Part shown: positions 1 through 9,337 of the stretch, piece after piece
How positions within the stretch are numbered: the first letter of the stretch is position 1
Layout of the letters: each line of letters starts with the position of its first letter
Source of the DNA: a virus
DNA length: 64,000 bases
Reading direction: 5' to 3' (one strand)
IMG/VR virus record: IMGVR_UViG_2919155634_000002
Location: 4,411-68,410 of that record
The notes under the pieces: generated by a model
Told to the model about the DNA's origin: nothing
The model's input: only the letters and a program-made list of their open reading frames with translations
Databases searched by the model: none
Program-made: the position numbers and the translations under genes

Positions 1-388
1 CAATCGGCAGTCCAGTCTCACCCGCATCCCTCTCTGCCTCTTCTATGGTCCACCAGAAGGCAGTACCAACCATCCAGGCTATAGGGTCGGGGTGGGGCTG
101 AGGGGCTGGAACCTCGAATTCTTTGGATGCTGCCAACACGTACCGGCTGCCGCAGTCGGGGCAGGCCGCTGCCATGACGTTCTCCCGCTCGCAACCCGGG
201 CACTTGTCTTCGACAGGCTCAGGCCCGCTCCAGTCGCATTCGTGACAAGCGCCAAGAGTTTTGTGCTCGTCGTCGATACCAATGTGATTGCAGCCTTCAC
301 ACTCTCTGACCTCGACATAGATCCGCTGCTTGGGGGCTGGCGCAGGGCTCACCATCTCTGTGTTGCTGGATCGGTTTTCTGTGGGCAT
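1..388 (-). CDS. Cys-rich (multiple CxxC) phage protein, 3' end truncated by window edge
   Basis: ATG at 388 with GGAGG upstream; reads MPTENRSSN...CEGC...CHEC...CPGC...CPDC, open to position 1. Absent from the ORF track because it has no stop. Confidence 0.7.
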   Translation of the reverse strand, partial: MPTENRSSNTEMVSPAPAPKQRIYVEVRECEGCNHIGIDDEHKTLGACHECDWSGPEPVEDKCPGCERENVMAAACPDCGSRYVLAASKEFEVPAPQPHPDPIAWMVGTAFWWTIEEAERDAGETGLPI

Positions 389-402
389 GGGGTACCTCCG
401 CG

Positions 403-2373
403 TCATGCGGCTTCAGCTTGGGATGAGGTGGAGCGCCACGGGTCGTTTGCCCGGGCGAGGGCGGCCATCGGCGGCGGGCTGACGCTGTTGCCGCACATGT
501 GCACCTGCTCGGTCTTGGTGAACGGCTTGCCGTCGGCGCCTTTGTCGATGATGTAGCTGGCAGGGAAGCCCTGGGCCCGGTACAACTCGTGCGGCTGCAG
601 CATGCGCAGGCAGATGTCGACGATCACGTACGGCGTACCCTTCACGAATACCGTGACCAGCCCCAGGCGGTCCTTGGTGGTGACCGTCGGCGCTGGCGCG
701 TCTGCTGCGCTGGTGTTCTCGGTGCCGTAGTAGCTGATCAGGAACGCCGCTACGCGTAGGGCGCCTTCTTCATGCTCGGGTGACAGCTTGTACTCGACCA
801 GGGCGTGATGCTCAGCGCCCGCGGTCATGGTCGGCACTGGCTCATTAACGGCCCTGCCCACGCAGTTGCGGCGGAGAGTGGCCAGGTTGGCCGTCACCAG
901 GCGCTGCTGGCTGCCAGTATTGGTGACCGTGGTCAGTGGCTCATCCGCGCCCTTTGCTGGCGTGGTGTTGAAGCCGCCGTTGGCTTGCTCGATAAATGCT
1001 GTCACCAACGCCCGATGGCTGCGGGTCATCAGCGTGCCCATTGGCTGGTCAGCTGATACCGGGTGACCGGCATACACTGGGCCGCCTGCCCCAACCATCA
1101 CTGGGCTGGCCATCATCAACTCGCCGCGGTTGGCAGCTGTGACCGTGGGCAGCGGCTCGCTAGGGTCATTCACCCTGTCGGCGCCCTGATGGGTGGCAGG
1201 CAAGATCACGGCGCTGGACAGCGCGTGCTTCACGCCGCCGGCTACGACCGTGCCCAGCGGCTGGTCCAGGCCAGGAACTCGCGGCTGCTGTCCAACACGC
1301 TCTCCGTATCCGGTCTGCACCAGGGTTGGGCTGGCCATTGCGAACGAACCGCCCCGCGGCCATGAGGTAACGGTACGCAGCGGCTCGTCGGCAGACTGGG
1401 CCAGCTCGCCCGACCAGTTCGCGATCGGCACGATGAAGGGCTGAGGGTTGTCCAGTACGAACTTCTTCATGCCCTTGGCGACCCGGCGCAGGGTGGCGGC
1501 GGCCAAGTCCTTCTTGCGGCCGAAGATGCTCTTGCTCGGCACGCTCCAGTCGATGCAATCGGCGGCGGTTCTCCACTTCTGCTGGCCCTTTGCGGGGTTC
1601 TTGGAATGGGTAGGCTCTGGCCAGACGATTGGCTGACCGTCGCAGCGGGCGATCATGAATAGGCGCTCGCGGCTCGTCGGCGCGCCGTAGTCGCAGGCCT
1701 TGATGATTCGCCATTCGACTTGGTAGCCCAAGGCTTCGAGCAACTGCACGAACCTGCCCCAGGTGCTGCCGCGGTGCTTGGGATCTGGTACAAGGAACTG
1801 GTTGTGCACCGGCACGCGCTCGCCCGGGTTGGCCACCCGGTTGATCATGGTCTTGTGCTTGCTTGGGTGCGGTACCAGGTCCAGGGTGATCACCCGGCCC
1901 GTGGCCTTGTCGCGCTTGGCGATCAGCCGACCCCACTGCAGGATCTGCTTCACGTTCTCCAGGCTGATGACCCGCGGCCGCTTCTTGCCCGCCCATTTGA
2001 GCCCGATCCAAGACAGGTTACGAATCTCGCGTTTGCGCGGCTGGCCGCCGGCGGCCTGGCTGTGGTGGGTGCAGTCAGGGCTCATGTGGAACCAGCCCAC
2101 CGGCCGGCCCTGACACTCTGCGTCCGGATCGCCCTCGAACACGTCGGTGGTGAAGTGTCGGGCGTGCGGGTGGTTGACGGTGTGCATGCTGATCGCGGCT
2201 GGGCTGTGGTTCTTGGCCACATTGACCGGGCGGCCCAGGCCTATTTCCAGGCCGGTACCGGCGCCACCGCCACCGCAGAAAAAGTCGACGACGATCTCAT
2301 CGTCTTGGGGGCTGAAGCCCAGCCCGTATTGGGTCTTGAAGTCGTTCGGGTCTTGTTTGCGTTTCGCGCGCAT
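403..2373 (-). CDS. Phage C5-cytosine DNA methyltransferase (orphan)
   Basis: Motifs DFFCGGGG (I), SPDC (IV), ENV (VI), RER (VIII), GNSV (X). Start chosen at MRAKRK (GAGG RBS); the track's upstream extension overlaps the next gene. Confidence 0.93.
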   Translation of the reverse strand: MRAKRKQDPNDFKTQYGLGFSPQDDEIVVDFFCGGGGAGTGLEIGLGRPVNVAKNHSPAAISMHTVNHPHARHFTTDVFEGDPDAECQGRPVGWFHMSPDCTHHSQAAGGQPRKREIRNLSWIGLKWAGKKRPRVISLENVKQILQWGRLIAKRDKATGRVITLDLVPHPSKHKTMINRVANPGERVPVHNQFLVPDPKHRGSTWGRFVQLLEALGYQVEWRIIKACDYGAPTSRERLFMIARCDGQPIVWPEPTHSKNPAKGQQKWRTAADCIDWSVPSKSIFGRKKDLAAATLRRVAKGMKKFVLDNPQPFIVPIANWSGELAQSADEPLRTVTSWPRGGSFAMASPTLVQTGYGERVGQQPRVPGLDQPLGTVVAGGVKHALSSAVILPATHQGADRVNDPSEPLPTVTAANRGELMMASPVMVGAGGPVYAGHPVSADQPMGTLMTRSHRALVTAFIEQANGGFNTTPAKGADEPLTTVTNTGSQQRLVTANLATLRRNCVGRAVNEPVPTMTAGAEHHALVEYKLSPEHEEGALRVAAFLISYYGTENTSAADAPAPTVTTKDRLGLVTVFVKGTPYVIVDICLRMLQPHELYRAQGFPASYIIDKGADGKPFTKTEQVHMCGNSVSPPPMAALARANDPWRSTSSQAEAA

Positions 2374-2420
2374 GGGCGTTCCTCGCCGGGGTGGCGTGAC
2401 TGAATGGGAAGGGGGTGGCG

Positions 2421-3506
2421 TTACTCGGCTGGCGTCTGGTCCAGCAGCATGTCCATTTGGGCGGCGCCCTCGATCCAGGCCGTATCGATGCGCTGGCGGG
2501 CGAGTGCGGCATATTCGGGGTTCAGCTCGCAGATGACCGATTGCCGGCCCTCCTGCATGGCGACCAGGGCCGTGGTACCCGCGCCACCGAACGGGTCCAG
2601 CACCAGCCCCCCGCGCGGCGCTCCGGCCAGCACACAAGGCCGGATCAGGTCGGGCGGGAAGGTGGCGAAGTGGGCACCTTTGAAACTGGCGGTGGCCACC
2701 GTCCAAACGCTGCGCTTGTTCCGCGTTTCGTCGTAGTCGATATCGGCGCGGCCGGCGCGGTGCTGTCCGGTCTGGCCGTGCTCGCCACTGGTGTACTTGG
2801 TGTCGCGGGCGAAGCTGTTCCGCCTGCTTCCGCCCAGGGCCTTCATCGGGCCGTTGGTCTTTCCTGGCTGGCGGGTGCTGCCGGCTTGACCGGCTACATC
2901 CTGGCTCCAGCGCGCCACTGAACTGGCCGCCGCAGGTTCGCGAATGGCGGCCTGGTCGAAGTAGTAGCGCGGACCTTTGCTGAGTAGGAACAGATACTCA
3001 TGGGCTTTCGTGCATCGGTCTTTTATGGACTCGGGCATGGGGTTGGGCTTGTGCCAGATGATGTCCTGGCGCAGATACCAGCCATCGTCCTGCAGCGCGA
3101 TCGCCAGGCGCCAGGGCAGGCCCATCAGATCCTTGGGCTTGAACTCGGTGTGGTTGGGTTTCTTGAGCTTTCTGGCGCTTGCCGCCACCTGCCGAGCAGA
3201 TAGCGACTGGCCACCCAGCCCCATATCACCACGGCCGTGCGCGCCCCAACTGCCGGCGTAGCTGTCGCCCAGGTTCACCCACAGTGTGCCGTCATCGCGC
3301 AGCGCACGCCGGACCTCGCGGAACACGGCGACCAGGTTGTCGATAAATTCGCGCGGAGAGGCCTCCAGCCCGATCTGGCCGTCGACGCCGTAGTCGCGCA
3401 GCCCGAAGTAGGGCGGGCTGGTGATGCAGGTGTGCACGGACTGATCCGGCAGTGTCCGCATTATGTCGATGCAGTCGCCCACCAGAATTCGGTGCTGCTG
3501 GGTCAT
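2421..3506 (-). CDS. N4-cytosine/N6-adenine DNA methyltransferase (beta class, orphan)
   Basis: TSPPYF catalytic motif near the N-terminus and DPFGGAGTT SAM-binding motif near the C-terminus. Confidence 0.92.
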   Translation of the reverse strand: MTQQHRILVGDCIDIMRTLPDQSVHTCITSPPYFGLRDYGVDGQIGLEASPREFIDNLVAVFREVRRALRDDGTLWVNLGDSYAGSWGAHGRGDMGLGGQSLSARQVAASARKLKKPNHTEFKPKDLMGLPWRLAIALQDDGWYLRQDIIWHKPNPMPESIKDRCTKAHEYLFLLSKGPRYYFDQAAIREPAAASSVARWSQDVAGQAGSTRQPGKTNGPMKALGGSRRNSFARDTKYTSGEHGQTGQHRAGRADIDYDETRNKRSVWTVATASFKGAHFATFPPDLIRPCVLAGAPRGGLVLDPFGGAGTTALVAMQEGRQSVICELNPEYAALARQRIDTAWIEGAAQMDMLLDQTPAE

Positions 3507-3608
3507 GGTTTGCTCCATGCGTGCAGGCGCCGCCCTCAGGATGGGGGTAGCGAATCTTGTGGGTTTAATGTATTTCTTAGTGCCTTTTTAATTTCAGGAA
3601 ACGTTACG

Positions 3609-4130
3609 GTGAAGGAAATAACCCATATTGCGCTTCCGCCATTGGTTGAAGGATTTGAGAACGGAAAGGCGAAGTGGAAGAGCTTCGATGAAGTTGATTT
3701 TGAGGTTGTTGGGATTTTCCTTAGTTGTCATCTAGTAATTGAACATTATGTGGATGAGTTTATTTGTGCTTACTCTCCCGCACCTTTTGGATGGCGCGAT
3801 GCGAAATTGACTTTTGCTCAGAAGCTTGGATTGATATCGGGGCTTAATAATTTCCCAGAGCCTTTCACTGTTCCTGCTGTTCTCAAGCACTTCAATTCAG
3901 TTAGGAATAGGCTGAGTCATAGAGTTGACTACAGGCTCACCTTGAAGGATCTTGGTCCAGAGATTGAATATCTTCAGAAAACAACTAAAGGTAATCTTCC
4001 GGAAAATGGTGCAGGGGTTAAGCAGGTTCTGGAATGCTTTGCTTCTATGATCTGCGTGTATTTTGCCTCGGCCATCACTCACTGTGCTGAGCAGAAGCAC
4101 AATGGCATGAATGGAGCATGGAAGCTTTGA
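3609..4130 (+). CDS. AT-rich moron, HEPN-like protein
   Basis: GTG start with AGGA RBS, opposite to flanking genes, visibly lower GC; CHLVIE helix and RNRLSH (Rx4H) motif. Confidence 0.55.
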   Translation: MKEITHIALPPLVEGFENGKAKWKSFDEVDFEVVGIFLSCHLVIEHYVDEFICAYSPAPFGWRDAKLTFAQKLGLISGLNNFPEPFTVPAVLKHFNSVRNRLSHRVDYRLTLKDLGPEIEYLQKTTKGNLPENGAGVKQVLECFASMICVYFASAITHCAEQKHNGMNGAWKL

Positions 4131-4229
4131 GTTGATCGAACTGAAACGATTTGATGTTGGATAGTGGAAAATTTTATTAGTATGAGGTATCAAAGGTGAG
4201 CGGCATGGAGCCGGATCAGGGAGAAAAAA

Positions 4230-4424
4230 GTGGAAAATCAAGCACAAGTTGATGCACTAGAGCACCTTCTAATGGCCATTCTACAGTCGAGTCCGATGCT
4301 TACCGAGACCTATAGGGCTTTCGATAGGGCTCATGCGTCCCTCATGGACAGCAATGGTCCCGCTGGGACTGACCAAAAATCGGCTGCTGTTGCATACCTT
4401 AATCATCTGAAGCAGCAGCTTTAA
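4230..4424 (+). CDS. Small hypothetical protein (64 aa)
   Basis: GTG start with GGAG RBS, follows the HEPN-like gene on the same strand. Confidence 0.65.
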   Translation: MENQAQVDALEHLLMAILQSSPMLTETYRAFDRAHASLMDSNGPAGTDQKSAAVAYLNHLKQQL

Positions 4425-4480
4425 TTGCTGTAGCAATGCGCCAGAAACGAAGAGTCCTGCGTTTATGGCGCACCGACAAA

Positions 4481-5296
4481 CTACTTAGAATCAAAGCTGC
4501 CTAGCACCAGCTTGGCCGCGTCGCCAACCTTGCCCTCAAGCACCTGCTTGAACTCCTGAGCGATCGCCTCGCGTTGCGCTTCTTCGCCCAGCCAGCGCAG
4601 TTTCAGCTGGGGCTGCGAACCGCTGGTGATGACCGACACGCGCAGGCGGATGGTCTGCTCGCCCAGGCCTTCGAAGGGGATGACCTTGAAGTCGAGCCAG
4701 GCGGGCAGGGTTTCCTTGCTGCTGGCCTCGATCGAGTCCATGGCGCTGCGGCTGGCGCGGGTCTCGCTGACAGCGTGGTCGCTTTCGGACGAGGCCTTGA
4801 CGGTAATTGTGCGCACGGCGGCGATGGCCTTGGCGATGCTCATCACGGCGCCGTTCTCGTCGGTAGCGGCCAAGTGCTGATTCCAGTCCTCGATCCAGTC
4901 GCTCATGGCTTTTTGCACCAGCGCCTGGCCACAGATGGCCTGTACGGCGGCGAACGCTGCCGAGGGCTTGAGGCGCAGCAATGCACGGTCGTCAGCGTGG
5001 CCGGCGTCGCTCGGCGTGCCCAGGTTGAAGATAACCACGCAACTCATGGCGTCCTGATCGATGAAGCCGCGGGCGTCTAGCGCTGCACGCTCTACGACAT
5101 ACGCGCCGAAGTCGACCAGGGAGTGGGTGGAGTAGGTGCCGCGGAAGCGATTACGGCCTTCTTGGTAACGTTCAAGGTCGACCACATTGAAATGCTGCGG
5201 TACCACAACGACCGGGCCCAGGGCGGGCAGGTCGCGGCCGGCGGCGGCGATGGTGGTTTCTTGGATGAGTTCAAGCGCTTCTTTCGTGAGGGACAT
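4481..5296 (-). CDS. yfdQ: YfdQ / DUF2303 family phage protein
   Basis: Typical sequence (LERYQEGRNRFRGTYSTHS...F..IPFEGL) and position next to a YfdP-like gene. Confidence 0.8.
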   Translation of the reverse strand: MSLTKEALELIQETTIAAAGRDLPALGPVVVVPQHFNVVDLERYQEGRNRFRGTYSTHSLVDFGAYVVERAALDARGFIDQDAMSCVVIFNLGTPSDAGHADDRALLRLKPSAAFAAVQAICGQALVQKAMSDWIEDWNQHLAATDENGAVMSIAKAIAAVRTITVKASSESDHAVSETRASRSAMDSIEASSKETLPAWLDFKVIPFEGLGEQTIRLRVSVITSGSQPQLKLRWLGEEAQREAIAQEFKQVLEGKVGDAAKLVLGSFDSK

Positions 5297-5319
5297 GCGA
5301 AGGTTCCTTGCTGTGGGAA

Positions 5320-5667
5320 TCAGGTGCGGGGATGGACCGGAGCTTCATCACGGTTGAAGAGCTGGTCGTGTTTCTCGGGGAACAGGGAAATGTTGCCCCC
5401 GGTGCCGACATACATCGGCGTGTCCAAGCTGGTGTTTTCGCTGCGATCACCGCGTTTGGTGGGCACCTTGTAGGCCAGCTTGTGCTTGATCTTCACCTGG
5501 TGGGAGTCACCGATCTGGCTGAAATCCAGCGTGATGGTGATCTTGCCGGCCTTGCCGTGATCGACCACGCCGGCGGCTACTTCTGAGAGGGCGTGGCCGA
5601 TCTGGCTGGCGAATGCGCCGCCGTTGAGCTCCTGCAGGAACTCGGTAGTGTCTGTAGGTTTTGGCAT
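5320..5667 (-). CDS. YfdP-like phage protein
   Basis: MPKPTDTTEFLQELNGGAF...KHKLAYKVPTKRG; immediately upstream of yfdQ. Confidence 0.7.
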   Translation of the reverse strand: MPKPTDTTEFLQELNGGAFASQIGHALSEVAAGVVDHGKAGKITITLDFSQIGDSHQVKIKHKLAYKVPTKRGDRSENTSLDTPMYVGTGGNISLFPEKHDQLFNRDEAPVHPRT

Positions 5668-5755
5668 TGCTGATGCTCCGAGAGGACAAGGCCGCTGGGC
5701 GGCAGATTGATGTACTGCTGGCGCCGGCCGTGCCGAACGCGTGCGGTGATGCGCT

Positions 5756-6214
5756 TCATGCTGCTTTCTGCTGACTCCATGCGCCGACAGCGGCAAAGAT
5801 CTTAGCGGCCTCTGCTTCGTCAAGCGTCGTATCGGTTGGGATGGCGATCCAGCCGGCTGCCACCAGGTGATTAGGATTGGCCGTGGCCCGCAGGTCTGTG
5901 TAGGTCGCCTCAATCACGTCGGTCAGGTGCTCGGCGCGGTAGTTGCCCTGTGGCGCGACTTCGATCGACTTGTGATAGCGCTCCCCGAACTCCGTCCGGC
6001 ACAGCACGCTGAGGTAGATGGTCCAGCGGTGGGGGATGTCGCAGACTGCGTCGACGACTTGCCGCACGCAGATCTGTTTTAGGTTTTTCCAGTTGATCAG
6101 CACCTGCTGTCCGCTTGGGTCGATGTTGACCACGGCCGCGTGGTTGGCCGAGACCAGGGCCCGGCACGTCCGTTCAAGGCGGGCCCTCATGTTGTGGGGC
6201 TTGCGCTTGCTCAT
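5756..6214 (-). CDS. Hypothetical early phage protein
   Basis: Start MSKRKPHN overlaps the stop of the upstream gene; ORF track. Confidence 0.7.
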   Translation of the reverse strand: MSKRKPHNMRARLERTCRALVSANHAAVVNIDPSGQQVLINWKNLKQICVRQVVDAVCDIPHRWTIYLSVLCRTEFGERYHKSIEVAPQGNYRAEHLTDVIEATYTDLRATANPNHLVAAGWIAIPTDTTLDEAEAAKIFAAVGAWSQQKAA

Positions 6215-6480
6215 TGCCGCGCGCCTGTTTTGGTGGCCGCCCCTGCTTCGCACGCATCGACAAACCGCATCGCCGCCTTGTAGCTATAGGCGAAGCCTTG
6301 CACCGTACCGGTTGCGATCTCGACCACATCCCAAGCGCCGCTCTTGCCGCTGGCCTGATAGCGCGGAGCGGGCTGGCCGATCTTGTTGTGGGCTTCGGCC
6401 CGTGCCGACTGACTGCGCTCAAGCAGTGCTGCGAGCACGGCAAGTTTCTCCGCGAAAGCGGGATGCATTGCTGTTTGCAT
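6211..6480 (-). CDS. Hypothetical early phage protein
   Basis: GAGG RBS; coupled to the downstream gene by overlap. Confidence 0.65.
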   Translation of the reverse strand: MQTAMHPAFAEKLAVLAALLERSQSARAEAHNKIGQPAPRYQASGKSGAWDVVEIATGTVQGFAYSYKAAMRFVDACEAGAATKTGARQ

Positions 6481-6499
6481 GGGGCGATCCTCGTTGGAA

Positions 6500-6883
6500 T
6501 CAGGCGTGGAGCTCGAAGGCCTCGGCCTTGCGAACGATTCGAACTTGGGCGGTGCGACGCTCAGGTGCGCGGCGATCGCGGCGCATGGGGTCGCTGTCGT
6601 TGATGACGGAGTGCATTGCGATGAGGCCTGCCAGCACGATGCAGAGCGGGCTGATGATCTGCTGGCGCATGGCCTTGGTGACCGCCTCGATGCGCCGCCC
6701 GGCTTCCAGCTTGAACAGCGCAGCCTCGATACGGTTGGCCACGGTGCCGGGGGTGACCGCCATCTGCCGCGCGATCTCTTTGGTGGTCAGGCCCTGGGCA
6801 ACCCAGAGCAGTGCTTCCAGCTCGCGAGGTGCCAGCGTCTTGCCGAGCTGGCCGGTCCATGAGCCGCAGGTGATCGTTTCCAT
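6500..6883 (-). CDS. LuxR-type HTH transcriptional regulator
   Basis: LAPRELEALLWVAQGLTTKEIARQMAVTPGTV HTH; GAGGA RBS before METIT. Confidence 0.85.
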   Translation of the reverse strand: METITCGSWTGQLGKTLAPRELEALLWVAQGLTTKEIARQMAVTPGTVANRIEAALFKLEAGRRIEAVTKAMRQQIISPLCIVLAGLIAMHSVINDSDPMRRDRRAPERRTAQVRIVRKAEAFELHA

Positions 6884-6898
6884 GATTGTCCTCAGCAA

Positions 6899-6970
6899 CC
6901 GCATTGGTCAGGCGCCAGGCGCAGTGACCAAACTGGGCGTGAAAAGCTAGCCTGGCGCCTGCCAATGCGG
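6899..6970. repeat. Inverted repeat (~21-bp stem, one bulge) just upstream of the LuxR gene RBS
   Basis: ccgcattggtcaggcgccaggc (6899-6920) pairs with gcctggcgcctgccaatgcgg (6950-6970). Confidence 0.8.
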
Positions 6971-7196
6971 TCGTATGTGAAGGGAAGGGGATGCGGGATG
7001 CATCGGAGATTGATCGGAACACCAGGGCGCTACTCCTGCTTGGTTCCCGCCGCGTTTCTGGTATTGGCCGTCTCGCATATATCGGCACAGGAGGTTCACG
7101 GGTCTTTGCGATCCTAGCGCTGCAGCTCGCTTGAGCACGCTCCGATCAATCTCCAATGCAGCCTGCGATGGAGAGCAGGGCATCGGGCAGTTAACG

Positions 7197-7448
7197 TCAG
7201 GCTGATGCTGAGAAACGATCGTGGTCGCGCATAAGCTTCACGGCTTCAGCTTTAGTGATGCGGGCGTAGTTGAGCGACCAGGTCCCGCGCAGGCCGTTTG
7301 CCGTTGGGCGGACCATGAGCTCTATCCGTGCGTCTGATATAGGTCCTGTCTTGATCGTGAAAAACTCTTGTGCTGACCTGGCTCTGCCTTTCTCGACCTT
7401 GCGGCACGCGGCGCTGTACATGATTTCGAGTTGAGGATGCGTGTTCAT
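7197..7448 (-). CDS. Hypothetical protein
   Basis: ORF track; ATGA overlap with the upstream gene. Confidence 0.6.
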   Translation of the reverse strand: MNTHPQLEIMYSAACRKVEKGRARSAQEFFTIKTGPISDARIELMVRPTANGLRGTWSLNYARITKAEAVKLMRDHDRFSASA

Positions 7449-7600
7449 GGTTGGCCGACAACCTTGCCGGTAGCCAGCTCGACCACTTGCGCGCCACTAT
7501 GCTGCCCTGCGTAAAACACCGCGTTGCCTAAGAACTCATAGCGCCCGCAGCCTACCCACTCGCCCGAGTAATCTTGTATCTGAACTTCGTACTTAGGCAT
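7445..7600 (-). CDS. Small hypothetical protein (51 aa)
   Basis: GGAGGG RBS, MPKYEVQIQDY... Confidence 0.6.
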   Translation of the reverse strand: MPKYEVQIQDYSGEWVGCGRYEFLGNAVFYAGQHSGAQVVELATGKVVGQP

Positions 7601-7618
7601 CGTCTTGCCCTCCAGGGC

Positions 7619-7663
7619 GGTTGATTTCCCGTCTGGCCCTGTCGCCAAGGCCAGCCAGTAAAA
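7619..7663 (-). repeat. Leader hairpin repeat, copy 1
   Basis: 22-bp identity ggttgatttcccgtctggccct and 13-bp aaggccagccagt with 8679-8723; only the loop differs. Confidence 0.85.
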
Positions 7664-7668
7664 ACAAA

Positions 7669-7848
7669 TCAGGCAGCAACCTCGGCCTGAGCCGCAATTC
7701 GTTCCTGAATCTCTTGGCGGTGCACCGATACGTCCTTCGGTGCCTCGATGCCTATGCGCACCTGGTTGCCCTTAACCTGCAGCACCGTTACTCGAATCGT
7801 GTCGTTGATCACAATGGTTTCGCCCACTTTGCGGGTCAGTATCAGCAT
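7669..7848 (-). CDS. csrA: Carbon storage regulator CsrA/RsmA homolog (59 aa)
   Basis: Translated by hand: [59 protein letters not shown]; AGGAG RBS; below the ORF-track length cutoff. Confidence 0.93.
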   Translation of the reverse strand: MLILTRKVGETIVINDTIRVTVLQVKGNQVRIGIEAPKDVSVHRQEIQERIAAQAEVAA

Positions 7849-7875
7849 GGTCCTACTCCTTGGGTGTTGTTTGGG

Positions 7876-8658
7876 TCAGTCGTCGAAGCCGTAACTGAAA
7901 TCGTCTGGATCGCAGTCGATCAGGAGCACGGCGTTTCCGAAGTAGAGCGAAGCCAACATGCGTTCCCACTTGGAGCGAATGCGCATGTTTACGGCTATAC
8001 GTTTGTCATCCAACTTCGCACTTAGGACTTCGGCTACCTGTATGGTCGGGAGGTGCGGCTCATCAGGCTTGCGCGAGCCTACGATGTGAACGTGCAGCGA
8101 GTTCTTCATGCTGTAGATTCCCCGCGAGTCAGTTCGCCAGGAGGACATGGCGCGACTGTCCTCTGGCTCTGGATCAAAGCCTATGTAGAGGAACTCTGAC
8201 CGTCCGCTCATGGTTTCTTCGAAGCGGATCTCTGGGTTCATCCAATGCTCCTCGGCGGCTTTCTCGCGATGCTCGCTAACGAACTCGTCCAGCAACCCTT
8301 TGAGGGAAACTTCACCGCTCAGCAGGCCTTCTCCGTCCATCACCTCTGCGATGGCTTTCTCTGCCTGGTCCAGCACGGTGGACTGCAGCGCAGCTGCCTC
8401 CCACCGCTCGCGAAGTGCGTTTGCCACAAGTGCGTTGTAACGCTGCAGCTCAAACATGTCGGTGACGTTGGCTGGCAGAGCGGCTTTGACGGCTTCTTGC
8501 ACGGCTTTGCCGAAATCGCCATAGGAGCGGAAAGTGTCCTTCACCACGTCCTTGAACATGCTTTCAACGCCTTGATCGATCAGTTCGCGCGCGCGGTCTG
8601 ACTGGGCATAGACGCTGACGCGCTCGACTAATAGTTCCTGCAGAGTTTGTTGAGTCAT
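7876..8658 (-). CDS. Hypothetical early phage protein (260 aa)
   Basis: ORF track; start at MTQQTLQ. Confidence 0.75.
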   Translation of the reverse strand: MTQQTLQELLVERVSVYAQSDRARELIDQGVESMFKDVVKDTFRSYGDFGKAVQEAVKAALPANVTDMFELQRYNALVANALRERWEAAALQSTVLDQAEKAIAEVMDGEGLLSGEVSLKGLLDEFVSEHREKAAEEHWMNPEIRFEETMSGRSEFLYIGFDPEPEDSRAMSSWRTDSRGIYSMKNSLHVHIVGSRKPDEPHLPTIQVAEVLSAKLDDKRIAVNMRIRSKWERMLASLYFGNAVLLIDCDPDDFSYGFDD

Positions 8659-8678
8659 TAGGTGATCCATCCATGTGT

Positions 8679-8723
8679 GGTTGATTTCCCGTCTGGCCCT
8701 CGTGAGAAGGCCAGCCAGTGAAA
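8679..8723 (-). repeat. Leader hairpin repeat, copy 2
   Basis: See 7619-7663. Confidence 0.85.
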
Positions 8724-9149
8724 CCTTGGTCGAGTTCCACCACCGATGGCTTCACCCGTTCTTTTGTCTGGCCTTGAGCTTCCCTGGTCATCTCGCTTTG
8801 ATCGGCCTTGGCGGGATGGTCGTGGGGTTAGGTGTTCGCTACACGACTGCCAGCTGCAGCTCGGCGGCCTACTGTGTAGGGCAGCTGGTCGTGGGTTGCC
8901 GGTCCGTGTTCCGGCTGGGCTAGCTACTTCATTGGCAGGTTCCTCCTATGGTTTTTGATCCGCGCCATGCTCGTCGCCGGGTATCCCCACCACTGCCTGC
9001 TGCAGCTACTGGCTACGCATCAGGTGGCTTGCATGCTTTGGCGTCCTCTCATGGGAGAGGCCGGCAGCTATCCAGAGGCTGCATGGTCGACGACTTAGCT
9101 TGTCCCGACCCAGGTGATGGCCTGGGTGCGTCGAGGTGGTCACGTCTGG

Positions 9150-9163
9150 TTGTGTAAAGAGCA
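9150..9163 (-). promoter_or_regulatory. boxA-like antitermination element of the leftward transcript
   Basis: Minus strand TGCTCTTTACACAA, about 50 nt downstream of the pL candidate; resembles lambdoid boxA (CGCTCTTTAACA). Confidence 0.55.
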
Positions 9164-9212
9164 GTGAGGCTCGATGGCCTCGGCAGTCAGCGGTACTGGC
9201 CGCAATGAGGAA

Positions 9213-9254
9213 AATATGCACCAGTGCAATTTATATGTCAATGCACTGGTGCAT
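9213..9254 (-). promoter_or_regulatory. pL promoter with two repressor operators (OL)
   Basis: Minus-strand TTGACA (9241-9236)-17 bp-CATATT; palindromes ATGCACCAGTGCAA (9216-9229) and ATGCACTGGTGCAT (9241-9254). Confidence 0.75.
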
Positions 9255-9337
9255 AGAATTTATTCCTTCCCCTTTCGCAGACGTTTCATTGGCAGGGGTT
9301 TACCTTTTCCCTTGGGCTTGGTTATGCTTTGCTGATA

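Noticed and set aside
2374-2706. N-terminal extension of the C5 methyltransferase in the ORF track
   Set aside because: Overlaps the neighbouring methyltransferase gene in another frame; a better start with RBS exists at 2373.
6947-7183. 78-aa minus-strand ORF upstream of the LuxR gene
   Set aside because: No motif, and its 3' end runs into the inverted repeat; cannot be distinguished from structured leader sequence.
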